A stretch of 64,000 bases of DNA, from IMG/VR virus record IMGVR_UViG_3300025858_000011; one strand, written 5' to 3'. The notes beneath the pieces were generated by a model. The model had not been told where the DNA came from, did not search any database, and was given only the letters and a program-made list of their open reading frames with translations. Source of the DNA: a virus. Lineage: Duplodnaviria; Heunggongvirae; Uroviricota; Caudoviricetes. Every line of letters begins with the position of its first letter. The first letter of the stretch is position 1. The position numbers and the translations under genes were made by a program. Positions 56,701 to 64,000 of this stretch are shown here, one piece after another.

Positions 56701-57951
56701 TAGTCTTGAATTCTTTACAGTAGGAAACAAGCGATTCCAGCCTGTAGCATAAGTTAGTTCATACATGATAGACTTGTCTTTACTTCTTTTTGGCAATCTT
56801 TCTCTTATATGACTTTTAACTCCCATCAAGGCAATCCATTTTTGTAATTGGTAAATAAAACCTTTGTCCGCCATTGAAATTGAAGTTTTATTTGTACTAA
56901 TGTAGCCCTCTGCATCTAAAACTCCCGCAATAAAAGCAGAAAGGGATGGAATATCTTTAAACTTATCTAAAATAAATTTACCCTCATCAAAAAAAGACAA
57001 TACTTTATTAAAAAAGATTCTTAACTCTTGATTTGTGTTACCATGTTCTGTATTTTTTGAACTACTAAAAGTTAAAATATAACAGTTCTCCCTAGGGTCT
57101 TTATACATTTTTACATTAGTGCCATACTGAGAAAATACTTTATTTACACGGTCTAATATCTCTGTTTTCTGGTCAAAGAATCTTAGTCTGTCATCGCCTG
57201 TCAAAGTTTTTCCAATGTTGCCATCACCAATAAGATACCCTAATAACCAGCTAAACAAAGAATCTGAGTCTTTTAATAATCCATGATAGGGATTTATAGT
57301 AGTTACTTGATCATTGGGCTGTAGTTCATCCGCTCTTTTTTCAATAATCTTCCCATCTTTATTTACCAAAAAAGGATGCCAAGCAGATGTTTTAATTTTT
57401 CCAGACTCAAATTGGATGATACGAACATCTGATTGTTTTACATTAAATTTCCATAAATGTGTAATGTTGTCAGATTCAAAACATTTCATAGTTTGATTAT
57501 ATGAAATAGTTGTATAGCCAGTTATAGGCACTGGTGTATCAAATTCGGTAATAGCACTAAATTCAGGAATATTCTTAATTAAATTAATTCCTAATTCTTG
57601 GGTATAAATAGGAGTGTTTCCATCTATACAACCACCACCCATGCTTTGGGTTATTACTCCATCACGCAGCGTATTAAAAATAGATTCCTTACTGTCATAG
57701 GGTTGTAATACAAAACAGGCGGCCAACATCTTATTAGAAGTTCCCGCGTTTTTTAAAGTGGGAGAATTGGGAACAATATATAAATTTGAGATACTATTAT
57801 TAAACTTAGTTTCCCAATATTTTTGTAATTCAGGGGTTTTTTCAGATTTAGCGACGCAACTGCTCACTCTCTTACATAAAGTTTTCCAAGTTTCTCCTTC
57901 ATGGTAATAGCGGAGCGCCAATACGCGCTCAGCAGATTCGTTTAATGGCAT
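53737..57951 (-). CDS. nrdJ: Class II (B12-dependent) ribonucleotide reductase with two inteins
   Basis: PNSPTL.NAG..LAACF; GG|TGFNFS; TNP|CGEQ; GVGLMG; SIQPTGT; SSGIEP; ISKTIN; C-terminal TSCPD-like domain and Zn ribbon. Likely start MPLN at 57951. Confidence 0.92.
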   Translation of the reverse strand: MPLNESAERVLALRYYHEGETWKTLCKRVSSCVAKSEKTPELQKYWETKFNNSISNLYIVPNSPTLKNAGTSNKMLAACFVLQPYDSKESIFNTLRDGVITQSMGGGCIDGNTPIYTQELGINLIKNIPEFSAITEFDTPVPITGYTTISYNQTMKCFESDNITHLWKFNVKQSDVRIIQFESGKIKTSAWHPFLVNKDGKIIEKRADELQPNDQVTTINPYHGLLKDSDSLFSWLLGYLIGDGNIGKTLTGDDRLRFFDQKTEILDRVNKVFSQYGTNVKMYKDPRENCYILTFSSSKNTEHGNTNQELRIFFNKVLSFFDEGKFILDKFKDIPSLSAFIAGVLDAEGYISTNKTSISMADKGFIYQLQKWIALMGVKSHIRERLPKRSKDKSIMYELTYATGWNRLFPTVKNSRLPKADCYAARLEIVKSVNIGECDEILYDFTVKTNNNYIAFNGNAFIVIHNTGFNFSTLRPRGEIVRQVGGKASGPVSFMKIYDLAIGETIRQGGLRAGAMMATFDYRHPDILNFITCKQTEQDLTHFNVSVLVTKEFFTAVADDKDIDLWFPDYKKYPAYNEEWDGDFDGWKEAGKPIKVYATVKAKEIWNKIIDNSWMNGEPGVIFKDIVNRDTPHPKGTVLISTNPCLHKDSILFDKNHLLSISEQSGTLWTSWKTGTKPCIKLTTNAGHEIVVTPDHKLMLEDGTFIEAKDSYKKKIAWGLGDWEVTKPISYENVLQGFLFGDGFLTGKKQGVSVKLTREKEREITLLLHQFGFKDEKCGNFYINKQDLPFNIDFLEKHTYDRILSDSYFKANKDLLRSFLIGLYEANGSVNFNSQISLKSTSKKLVQQIQIILSAFGIKSWINTNKSTLISWVNGDYTSKVSYNLQIAPRNAIKFKEKIGFLSYYKNNKIKSFCKPYQISLKVENIESVVEPQEVWDFKTTKHYNMSNGVVVHNCGEQALIDKGVCNLVSVNLTKFFNVTTKTFDFDKFKEQLEIALRFGDNSIDAADYGLDSINEVARSFRNVGVGLMGWADLLILMETRYDSDKALALIDDIGSFMMQVLNDYSIELGKEKGCAIGFSRRNMAVSSIQPTGTVSMIAGCSSGIEPNFDYITYRKDETGDHVVYNLIAEEYLKNNKVETLPDYFVKANDVPYLWHLKHLEYWQKYIENGISKTINLPNNATEKDIERALLYAHKTNVIKAFTVYRDGSRDLQVLNSEDTSKSNKNYVVPDTLLKERPDRYYGYTEKVPAANGNMYLTINKELSPEDYTTVREILQNRGRIVEVFGSFGKSGSDISGYINAICRLLSTSIRVYSADILELIDTIKGISFLPTWYKGKLSQSPVDAIAKALTRELDLREESMASSEKKEKKKPAENITSQVCSICGEEFKFQEGCKSCKCGSKCG
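55090..56019 (-). mobile_element. RNR intein 2 (310 aa) inserted at the catalytic NPCGE
   Basis: CLHKDS...TPDHK...GFLFGDG...LYEANG...VVHN|C. Confidence 0.92.
56554..57630 (-). mobile_element. RNR intein 1 (359 aa)
   Basis: CIDGNT...SAWHPF...GYLIGDG...GVLDAEG...VIHN|T. Confidence 0.92.
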
Positions 57952-58409
57952 TATAATTCCTCTGTTATATTCTTGGCATCCGATTCCCCAAGGCAACTTG
58001 TACCTCTTTCAGTATCTACTGGTAGTAAATCTACAAATTCTGGTTTAATATCTAATATAGGATAAAATACCATTTGTCCAAATTTTTGTCCAGCTTCAAT
58101 AGTTAATGGGTAATCTCCAGTATTTCCTACGATTGCAAAAACTTCTCCTCGATACCCTGAATCAATGGGGGTACCTTTGTGAATTAAAGTGGTATTAGTA
58201 TGCAAACTACTACGACCCTCTATTCTGGCAAAGTACCCCTCCGGTATAGCCATGCTAAATCCCAAGGAGATCGCGCGTACTTGTCCTCTTCCCGGGATAT
58301 TAACTCTTTTTATAGAAAAGATGTCCCATCCGGCGTCTCCTGCGTATGCCTTTTCAGGAAGTTTTGCGTCTTTTTGTAGTTTCTGGAACTTTACTTGTAA
58401 TGCTTTCAT
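57951..58409 (-). CDS. dut: Trimeric dUTPase
   Basis: DAGWDI, GRSS, IDSGYRGE, ERG..CLG.S. Confidence 0.92.
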   Translation of the reverse strand: MKALQVKFQKLQKDAKLPEKAYAGDAGWDIFSIKRVNIPGRGQVRAISLGFSMAIPEGYFARIEGRSSLHTNTTLIHKGTPIDSGYRGEVFAIVGNTGDYPLTIEAGQKFGQMVFYPILDIKPEFVDLLPVDTERGTSCLGESDAKNITEEL

Positions 58410-58638
58410 TTTTAGTAACTGGTTTAATAATAAAAATAACTTCGATGTTTGAAATTGGTATAATCATCGTTGCCGGTATATATTGTTCTTGTAAAGTCTT
58501 GTCTATTATTGCAGGGGGGTCTACTATAAGAGTTTCTCCTATAATTTCCCGAACTTGTCCGATACCTGTTGCAAAATTTGCAATAATTTGAATAAGGTCA
58601 CCATCATTTATGATGAGTCTGGTGTCACTTACATTCAT
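58354..58638 (-). CDS. Hypothetical protein
   Basis: Fills the gap between recU and dut on the coding strand. Confidence 0.45.
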   Translation of the reverse strand: MNVSDTRLIINDGDLIQIIANFATGIGQVREIIGETLIVDPPAIIDKTLQEQYIPATMIIPISNIEVIFIIKPVTKNESITSKVPETTKRRKTS

Positions 58639-59095
58639 ATAATTTAATGATTTGTTCTAAATAATTATCTATATCAATTAACCATTTAATATCAAATTCT
58701 GATATTGGAATAGATTTTCTTGATTCAGTTTCATTATATTTTCGTATTAAGGATACCGGAGTACAAAATGCCTTATCCGGATAAATGGTAACAAATTGAA
58801 TTAGAAAAAAAGCGATACCTCCCAGTTTTTCTACAAGGTCAAGATATGTAAATTGATGTTGTTTTATATTTGACAGCGGAAAACTGGTTGTGCTATGTGT
58901 TTCTTTTGCGTCGAAGGCAAGAAATCTTCCACCTGATATTAATCCTGCAAAATCTACAGTTGACTCTTTGGGGATTACTCCTTTATTAGTTAAAATAAGT
59001 GGAGTCGGTATTTGTAATATAAGTCCAATTCCTTTTTGTCTACTTTGTAAATTTACCCTATTAGCTCGTTTTTCTAAATCTTTGCCCTTCATCAT
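58625..59095 (-). CDS. recU: RecU-like Holliday junction resolvase
   Basis: STVDFAG..GRFLAFDAKET..SFPLSNIKQHQ..YL..GGIAFFLI. Confidence 0.88.
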   Translation of the reverse strand: MMKGKDLEKRANRVNLQSRQKGIGLILQIPTPLILTNKGVIPKESTVDFAGLISGGRFLAFDAKETHSTTSFPLSNIKQHQFTYLDLVEKLGGIAFFLIQFVTIYPDKAFCTPVSLIRKYNETESRKSIPISEFDIKWLIDIDNYLEQIIKLYECK

Positions 59096-59475
59096 ACTGC
59101 ATAAAATCTGATTACATTGTCATTATCTGCAATAAACTTTGTTAAAGGACCCTCAATGACTTTTTCCCAGATATTAAATCTATTAGCTAATCCGGAACCA
59201 ATTTTACTAATTAGGAATTGTTTATCAGGATTATGTTTTACCAAGTTTTGTAAAGCCAACATTTCAATTTCAAATATTTTTGTATAATCACTTGGCTTAA
59301 AATAAGCGTCATCAGTATTATTCGGTTTACGCTTAGTAATAAATCCGTATGTTTGCGGATTGTCTCGTAACGCAGCTGCACCACCATAACCGATGCGTAG
59401 TTGGTTATCTCCAAATACAAAAATATAATCTGGATGTACATTTAAAAAATGTTCTGTACAAATATAATCTGTCAT
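59092..59475 (-). CDS. Conserved phage protein (Macro-like FVFGDN..GGAA family)
   Basis: IFVFGDNQLRIGYGGAA; ISKIGSGLA; start MTDY with ATGA overlap. Confidence 0.55.
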   Translation of the reverse strand: MTDYICTEHFLNVHPDYIFVFGDNQLRIGYGGAAALRDNPQTYGFITKRKPNNTDDAYFKPSDYTKIFEIEMLALQNLVKHNPDKQFLISKIGSGLANRFNIWEKVIEGPLTKFIADNDNVIRFYAV

Positions 59476-61097
59476 ATTAATAACATGTCCCATTGTTGTT
59501 TAATTCTTTTTGGGTCAACTAACTTTGTTATAAGTTTTCCTCCAAGAATTGCCTGTTCTTTCCAATATTTATAATTTTCTTTTACCTCTTTCATACGCTC
59601 TTTTAATTGTTCCTCGTCCGGAACAAAGTCATTTCCGATATTTACAGAAGAGGTCGGATCTCCGGAAAATTGTGCTTTTCTAACTTCGGCAGTTTCCACC
59701 CATAATATTCCTGGTATATCTAGTAAGTCAAGGTGTGCAGTATTTTTACTTAATATTACTGGAGTTCCTTGCATTAATGCCTGACGTGGGGTAATACTAT
59801 ATGATTCTCCACTAGACACGAAAACATAACAATTAAGTGCTGACCACCATTTTGCGTAGTCCTCATTTTTTAAAGTTTCATTTTTTAATTCTATGTTTTC
59901 AGGATTTACTAATATTTCTTTTTTGACTACGTTAAGCATTTCCGGAGTATTAACAAACTCTCTAGAATGAATTTGTAGTTTAATTTTTTCTGTTTTTATA
60001 TCATTAAATGCACGAATTATCATGTCTACATTTTTTCTGGACCACAGTCCTCCAGAGTATCCATACACAAAATTCTCAGTATCTCCTAGTGCAGGAGTTG
60101 AGTAATAATTTGCAATATGTTCCACACAATGCACATGTTTATTAGGAAGTTTAGCTGCGATGAGATTTTTTAACCAGGAATTAGTTACAATGATGTGATC
60201 AACGCATTCTAGGATTTCTTTAATTTGCGAGATGTCATCACTTTCCCACATTAAATAAAAATAAATAGTGGCATTGTAAGTATTTTTCATCATAGTTAAT
60301 AACTTTTTATCTTCCCATAATTCTTGTTCAGTTAATCCTAATCCACCTACATGTATAAAAGCACAATTCTTAAACTTTTCTCCTTGAATAACGTGTATAT
60401 TTTCATTAGAAAAATAAAAATTCATCCACTTAAAATCTTTGTCATACTTGGGTAATGCTAGTGCAGCTACGTCTAGTTCTCTATTTAAAAAAGAAAAATG
60501 CCCGTTATATCTATTTGTTTGTCTATTAAAAGATACTTCCTTATAATCATAGATAACATTTTCATAGATATTCGGAAGATGAGCTCCAAGGCCGTCCTCT
60601 TTATTATAGAATCCGTGCATTATTACAGGGGTGTTCCGTGTTTGAGGCTCAGGACGTAAATTATGTAATAAATATTTTGGCTGTGACACCTGTAGTCTTA
60701 AATCAAATAATTTTTTAAATGAAAACGTGGAAATATCAATGTTAAGTTGATCGGCTTTTTCCTCTGGAGTCATTATTGCGGATGTTAAAAAAGATGATAT
60801 TGAAAATTTATTACTTCTTGGAAAGATACCTAATATTAAATCTTTTGTATTTTCTTTAGTCAGTTTTCCATAAAAAGAGGTAACGATATTAAATGTCATT
60901 TCGTTAGTTCCTTTTAAAAAAGTAATTTCTGGAAGAAAGTGATGAATCACCATATTATCCTTATTTGTTAAAGTAGCTATGGCTGCAAACATCCCCATGC
61001 TAGTATAAGAAAATTGAATTTGATATATGGAAAAGACATCTATTCCCGTACTTTCGAATTTAAATATTTTTTGGTTTTCTGAACTTTGATATTCCAT
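59472..61097 (-). CDS. Two-domain protein with C-terminal GT-B (GT4-like) glycosyltransferase
   Basis: YLMWES, RKNVDMIIRAF, FVSSGESYSITPRQALMQGTPVI. Confidence 0.75.
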   Translation of the reverse strand: MEYQSSENQKIFKFESTGIDVFSIYQIQFSYTSMGMFAAIATLTNKDNMVIHHFLPEITFLKGTNEMTFNIVTSFYGKLTKENTKDLILGIFPRSNKFSISSFLTSAIMTPEEKADQLNIDISTFSFKKLFDLRLQVSQPKYLLHNLRPEPQTRNTPVIMHGFYNKEDGLGAHLPNIYENVIYDYKEVSFNRQTNRYNGHFSFLNRELDVAALALPKYDKDFKWMNFYFSNENIHVIQGEKFKNCAFIHVGGLGLTEQELWEDKKLLTMMKNTYNATIYFYLMWESDDISQIKEILECVDHIIVTNSWLKNLIAAKLPNKHVHCVEHIANYYSTPALGDTENFVYGYSGGLWSRKNVDMIIRAFNDIKTEKIKLQIHSREFVNTPEMLNVVKKEILVNPENIELKNETLKNEDYAKWWSALNCYVFVSSGESYSITPRQALMQGTPVILSKNTAHLDLLDIPGILWVETAEVRKAQFSGDPTSSVNIGNDFVPDEEQLKERMKEVKENYKYWKEQAILGGKLITKLVDPKRIKQQWDMLLI

Positions 61098-61116
61098 GTT
61101 ATTATATGATTATGGA

Positions 61117-61148
61117 TTTAGCGAGGGAAGAAATTCTCCCTCGCTAAA
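61117..61148 (-). terminator. Perfect 12-bp hairpin after the SSB-like gene
   Basis: tttagcgaggga...tccctcgctaaa. Confidence 0.65.
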
Positions 61149-61161
61149 TAATATTACGATC

Positions 61162-61605
61162 TTATTTTAAGAAATCAGGAACCTCAGCTTCTTCTTCTAC
61201 TAAGCCTTGGTATTCTCCCCAATTTTTTAGTTCATTTTTGGGTTTACCGTTAGGAGTTGTTCCTGGTTCGGTATAGGCGGATACTAATGCATTTTCCATT
61301 TTAAATGCAATTTCTTGCGGGAGAATGCTGTCGTCTTCCAGAATATCAGGAAGATGTGCCTTATTTAAAAACGTCACTAAGAATGGAAGGGATTTTTCAC
61401 CCAAGTTAAAATTGCTCCAAAGTTTTCTATTTTTGTATGGACCATTGGCCACAACAAAGGTAACAGCAATCATTTCAGAGCCTGTAGAGGTTGGCTTTAC
61501 TTCTGCCGCTTCTACAATTAAATTATATCTATCTGCGGGTAAAGCCTCAAAGGAAGTTTTCTTAGAGTCTTCTGCCGCTTTCTTCATATTTACTGGGTTA
61601 CTCAT
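61162..61605 (-). CDS. DUF669-like single-stranded DNA-binding protein
   Basis: FEALPADRY...STGSEMI.VTF..GPYKNRKLW.NF; acidic C-tail. Confidence 0.75.
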   Translation of the reverse strand: MSNPVNMKKAAEDSKKTSFEALPADRYNLIVEAAEVKPTSTGSEMIAVTFVVANGPYKNRKLWSNFNLGEKSLPFLVTFLNKAHLPDILEDDSILPQEIAFKMENALVSAYTEPGTTPNGKPKNELKNWGEYQGLVEEEAEVPDFLK

Positions 61606-62537
61606 TATTTATTTTGGTTTGATTCGGATAATTCAGAAATTAATAATTGTGCTTCGTCTTCTTTTAAGTCTAATACGCTATCAACCATGTAGTCTTCACG
61701 TAATTTTGACTTCAGTTCGTCTGTGTTTGTTTTAGATAGAATTTCTATTTTCTTGATAGAGTCTGCACCGATTCCTGCTGTCTTTATTTCTTTACCACCA
61801 TAAATAACAGTTATCGGCCGATCTTTACTATTTAGATTTTGTTGTTGACGTAATACAACTGGCTCGCGTTCTAATTCCTCGATACCGATATAATTACAGA
61901 AATTCGTATAAGAGAATTCAAACCATTCATTGAGAGGAAGTTTATTAGTTCTGTCTTTCTTAGCGAAAGCCAGTCTTTTGTCTCCTTCAATTTTTAGTTC
62001 CAACACAACATCAAACATAAATGGAAGTTGTTTAGGACCGTCTGCATCAGTGCCTAATATCTTCATGAAATCATCTTTATCCCCTACACTGTAAAGTAAC
62101 TTACTTGGAGCGGTACAAATAACATTCATATCAAGTGCTATTAGTTTACTGACGATTGACTTTAGTTCTCCCTTGATGTACTTATAATCAAGGGGTTGTA
62201 AAGAATAGTCGCTTTTTCCTGTTTTCAGTCTTTGTTGCTTTAGACGTTTATCAACAATTGCATCATATAATGATGTAAAGGGATCTACGACAAAAGTTTT
62301 AAACCCGTTAGGGTCTGCTAAAAGTTCATCTAATGCCTTATGTACTTTCTCAGGGTCAGCAGTTTGAATACGAAAAAAGTCAAAGTGTTCACCGTAGTGA
62401 TCTGTTCCTTTTTCTGTATCGATAATTGCAACACTAGGAAAATGGAGTGCGGTTATTGTTTTGCCCGTACCCGTATCTCCGTAAACGTACATCTTTAGGC
62501 GTGATGCCTTTTTTTCAGCTTTAACAAATAAACTCAT
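61605..62537 (-). CDS. AAA_24/Sak4-like ATPase (recombinase)
   Basis: YGDTGTGKT, IDTEKG, VVDPFT, FMFDVV. Confidence 0.82.
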   Translation of the reverse strand: MSLFVKAEKKASRLKMYVYGDTGTGKTITALHFPSVAIIDTEKGTDHYGEHFDFFRIQTADPEKVHKALDELLADPNGFKTFVVDPFTSLYDAIVDKRLKQQRLKTGKSDYSLQPLDYKYIKGELKSIVSKLIALDMNVICTAPSKLLYSVGDKDDFMKILGTDADGPKQLPFMFDVVLELKIEGDKRLAFAKKDRTNKLPLNEWFEFSYTNFCNYIGIEELEREPVVLRQQQNLNSKDRPITVIYGGKEIKTAGIGADSIKKIEILSKTNTDELKSKLREDYMVDSVLDLKEDEAQLLISELSESNQNK

Positions 62538-62552
62538 TTGTTTTTATTTGGT

Positions 62553-63203
62553 TTATTTTATAATGGTGTATTCTCTTACTATCTTAAAAATTTGTAAAGT
62601 TGCTTTTACATCGCGCAGACAATATTTTTGAATTTCATCAATACGTCCATCCGCATATGCTTGTGCCACATCTTTGGCTTTTATTTCTCCTTCCTTAGGG
62701 GAAGGAATTCCTAAATGGTCACATGCTAAATGCAGTGTACACGATCTAAATTTATCCCAATCTGATAGAACTTGTTTAACATCAAAATGAGGAAATCGTT
62801 GAAATCTACGAGTATCAATGAATGTTTTATTAGTAACTTTAATACCATGTTTCATTGATCTTGCTAAAATAAATGGAACATCGAACTCTAATCCATTATA
62901 AGATACAAATGTACCTCGAAAGTCAGAGATGCGTTTCCAAAATTTTTGTAAGATTTCTTTTTCAGTTCCTATTATTGCTAATGATTTAAATTCTCCAGAT
63001 CCATCTTCACCACCTAATCCAATGCAAATTATTTCACCAAAGTAAGGACTGGTTCCCATTAGAAGTCTTTTGGCTTCCTCTACGTCTTCGCTATCAGATC
63101 TTTTCGCGAGATAATTATCTAATTTTCTTGATAATTCTTCATTTTGAATATTTGATAACGGTGCGATTTGAGGTACCGTTTCTATGTCAAATGACATTTC
63201 CAT
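62553..63203 (-). CDS. PolB-type stand-alone 3'-5' exonuclease
   Basis: FDIET, YNGLEFDVPFI, HFDV, YCLRDV. Confidence 0.88.
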   Translation of the reverse strand: MEMSFDIETVPQIAPLSNIQNEELSRKLDNYLAKRSDSEDVEEAKRLLMGTSPYFGEIICIGLGGEDGSGEFKSLAIIGTEKEILQKFWKRISDFRGTFVSYNGLEFDVPFILARSMKHGIKVTNKTFIDTRRFQRFPHFDVKQVLSDWDKFRSCTLHLACDHLGIPSPKEGEIKAKDVAQAYADGRIDEIQKYCLRDVKATLQIFKIVREYTIIK

Positions 63204-63236
63204 ATTAGTTTTGGTTATATAATATACAAAACTTTT

Positions 63237-63989
63237 TTATAACTCCAAAGGAGTTTCTAGTGGAGCACAGAAAAATTTATTAATAAAGTTTGGGAAAGTT
63301 TGTTTTACATACTCAGCAACCTTTTCTGTTGAATTAGTTCTAACTGAAAGATGTCCCAATACTATCCAACTTACTTTATTTATGTCAATGACTTCATTAA
63401 TGAAGTCCATTGTTTGTCTGTTACTTAAATGACCCCATGGTCCGGCTATTCTTCCTTTTAAATAAGAATCATAATCCGGATACTCTTCAAGCATAGCGTC
63501 ATCATAATCTGTTTCTAAAACATAACCATCACAACCAACTAATGCAAGTTTCATTAATTTTGTAAAACTTCCGGTATCAGTAAGAAACCCTAATTTTTTT
63601 CCGTTTATTTTATCAGTCACTACAAAACCAAGACTTGCTTTAGAATCATGTCTTGTGCTAAATGGTTCAATTTTAAATCCTTCAGTTTCTATGACGTCTC
63701 CCCCTGAAATAAATTGGAGGTCACATCCATTAAAATAATCTGGTTTATGGTCATAACATAGTTTTGAAACATAAACAGGAGAAAAAGTTTTCCTGCCTAA
63801 AACTCCGACCCCGCTAACATGGTCTACGTGTTCGTGTGATATTAATACAGCATCTGGTTTAATTGTAATAGAAGTAGCAGCAATTAATTTTTTATAACTT
63901 ACCCCTACGTCTATTAGTATTTGAGATGCAGTGTTATATATTAATGTTGCATTTCCAGCACTACTGCTAAACAATGGGTGCACTATCAT
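63237..63989 (-). CDS. Metallo-beta-lactamase-fold hydrolase (YycJ-like nuclease)
   Basis: SSSAGNA, SHEHVDHV, TDTG, GHLSN, GHLS. Confidence 0.88.
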   Translation of the reverse strand: MIVHPLFSSSAGNATLIYNTASQILIDVGVSYKKLIAATSITIKPDAVLISHEHVDHVSGVGVLGRKTFSPVYVSKLCYDHKPDYFNGCDLQFISGGDVIETEGFKIEPFSTRHDSKASLGFVVTDKINGKKLGFLTDTGSFTKLMKLALVGCDGYVLETDYDDAMLEEYPDYDSYLKGRIAGPWGHLSNRQTMDFINEVIDINKVSWIVLGHLSVRTNSTEKVAEYVKQTFPNFINKFFCAPLETPLEL

Positions 63990-64000
63990 TTACAGGAACA

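Noticed and set aside
1-64000. Stop-codon reassignment (common in large phages)
   Set aside because: Genes are full-length and tightly packed under code 11. TAA, TAG and TGA all end genes. The polA breaks are explained by introns.
1-64000. tRNA, rRNA or CRISPR arrays
   Set aside because: None recognised by eye. Intergenic gaps are short and are accounted for by promoters, terminators and introns; tRNAscan was not run.

Overview
AT-rich 64-kb segment of a large tailed dsDNA phage, with myovirus morphology inferred from the sheath and tube genes. It uses the standard code 11. Two convergent halves meet at a bidirectional terminator (43641-43671). The + strand (1-43631) is late/virion: an SF2 helicase end, a dockerin/cohesin/glycosidase-like trio, a 12-gene glycan biosynthesis cluster, a nucleotidyltransferase, bS21, intein-split TerL, an intein-split prohead protease, scaffolds, MCP, neck proteins, a fibre, six tandem paralogous tail proteins, sheath and tube. 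The - strand (43673-63989) is early/replication: family A DNA polymerase split by two group I introns, sigma70, nucleotide enzymes, a Ubl-JAB-E1 operon, class II RNR with two inteins, dUTPase, RecU, a GT4, and SSB/Sak4-like/exonuclease genes. The best novelty candidates are: (1) the phage-encoded ubiquitin-like conjugation operon; (2) the cohesin-dockerin-glycosidase module; (3) a pervasive K-x-A motif restricted to head-associated proteins; (4) strong both-strand over-representation of CATCG/CGATG that is missing from the inteins checked. All family assignments come from motif recognition by eye; no searches were run.
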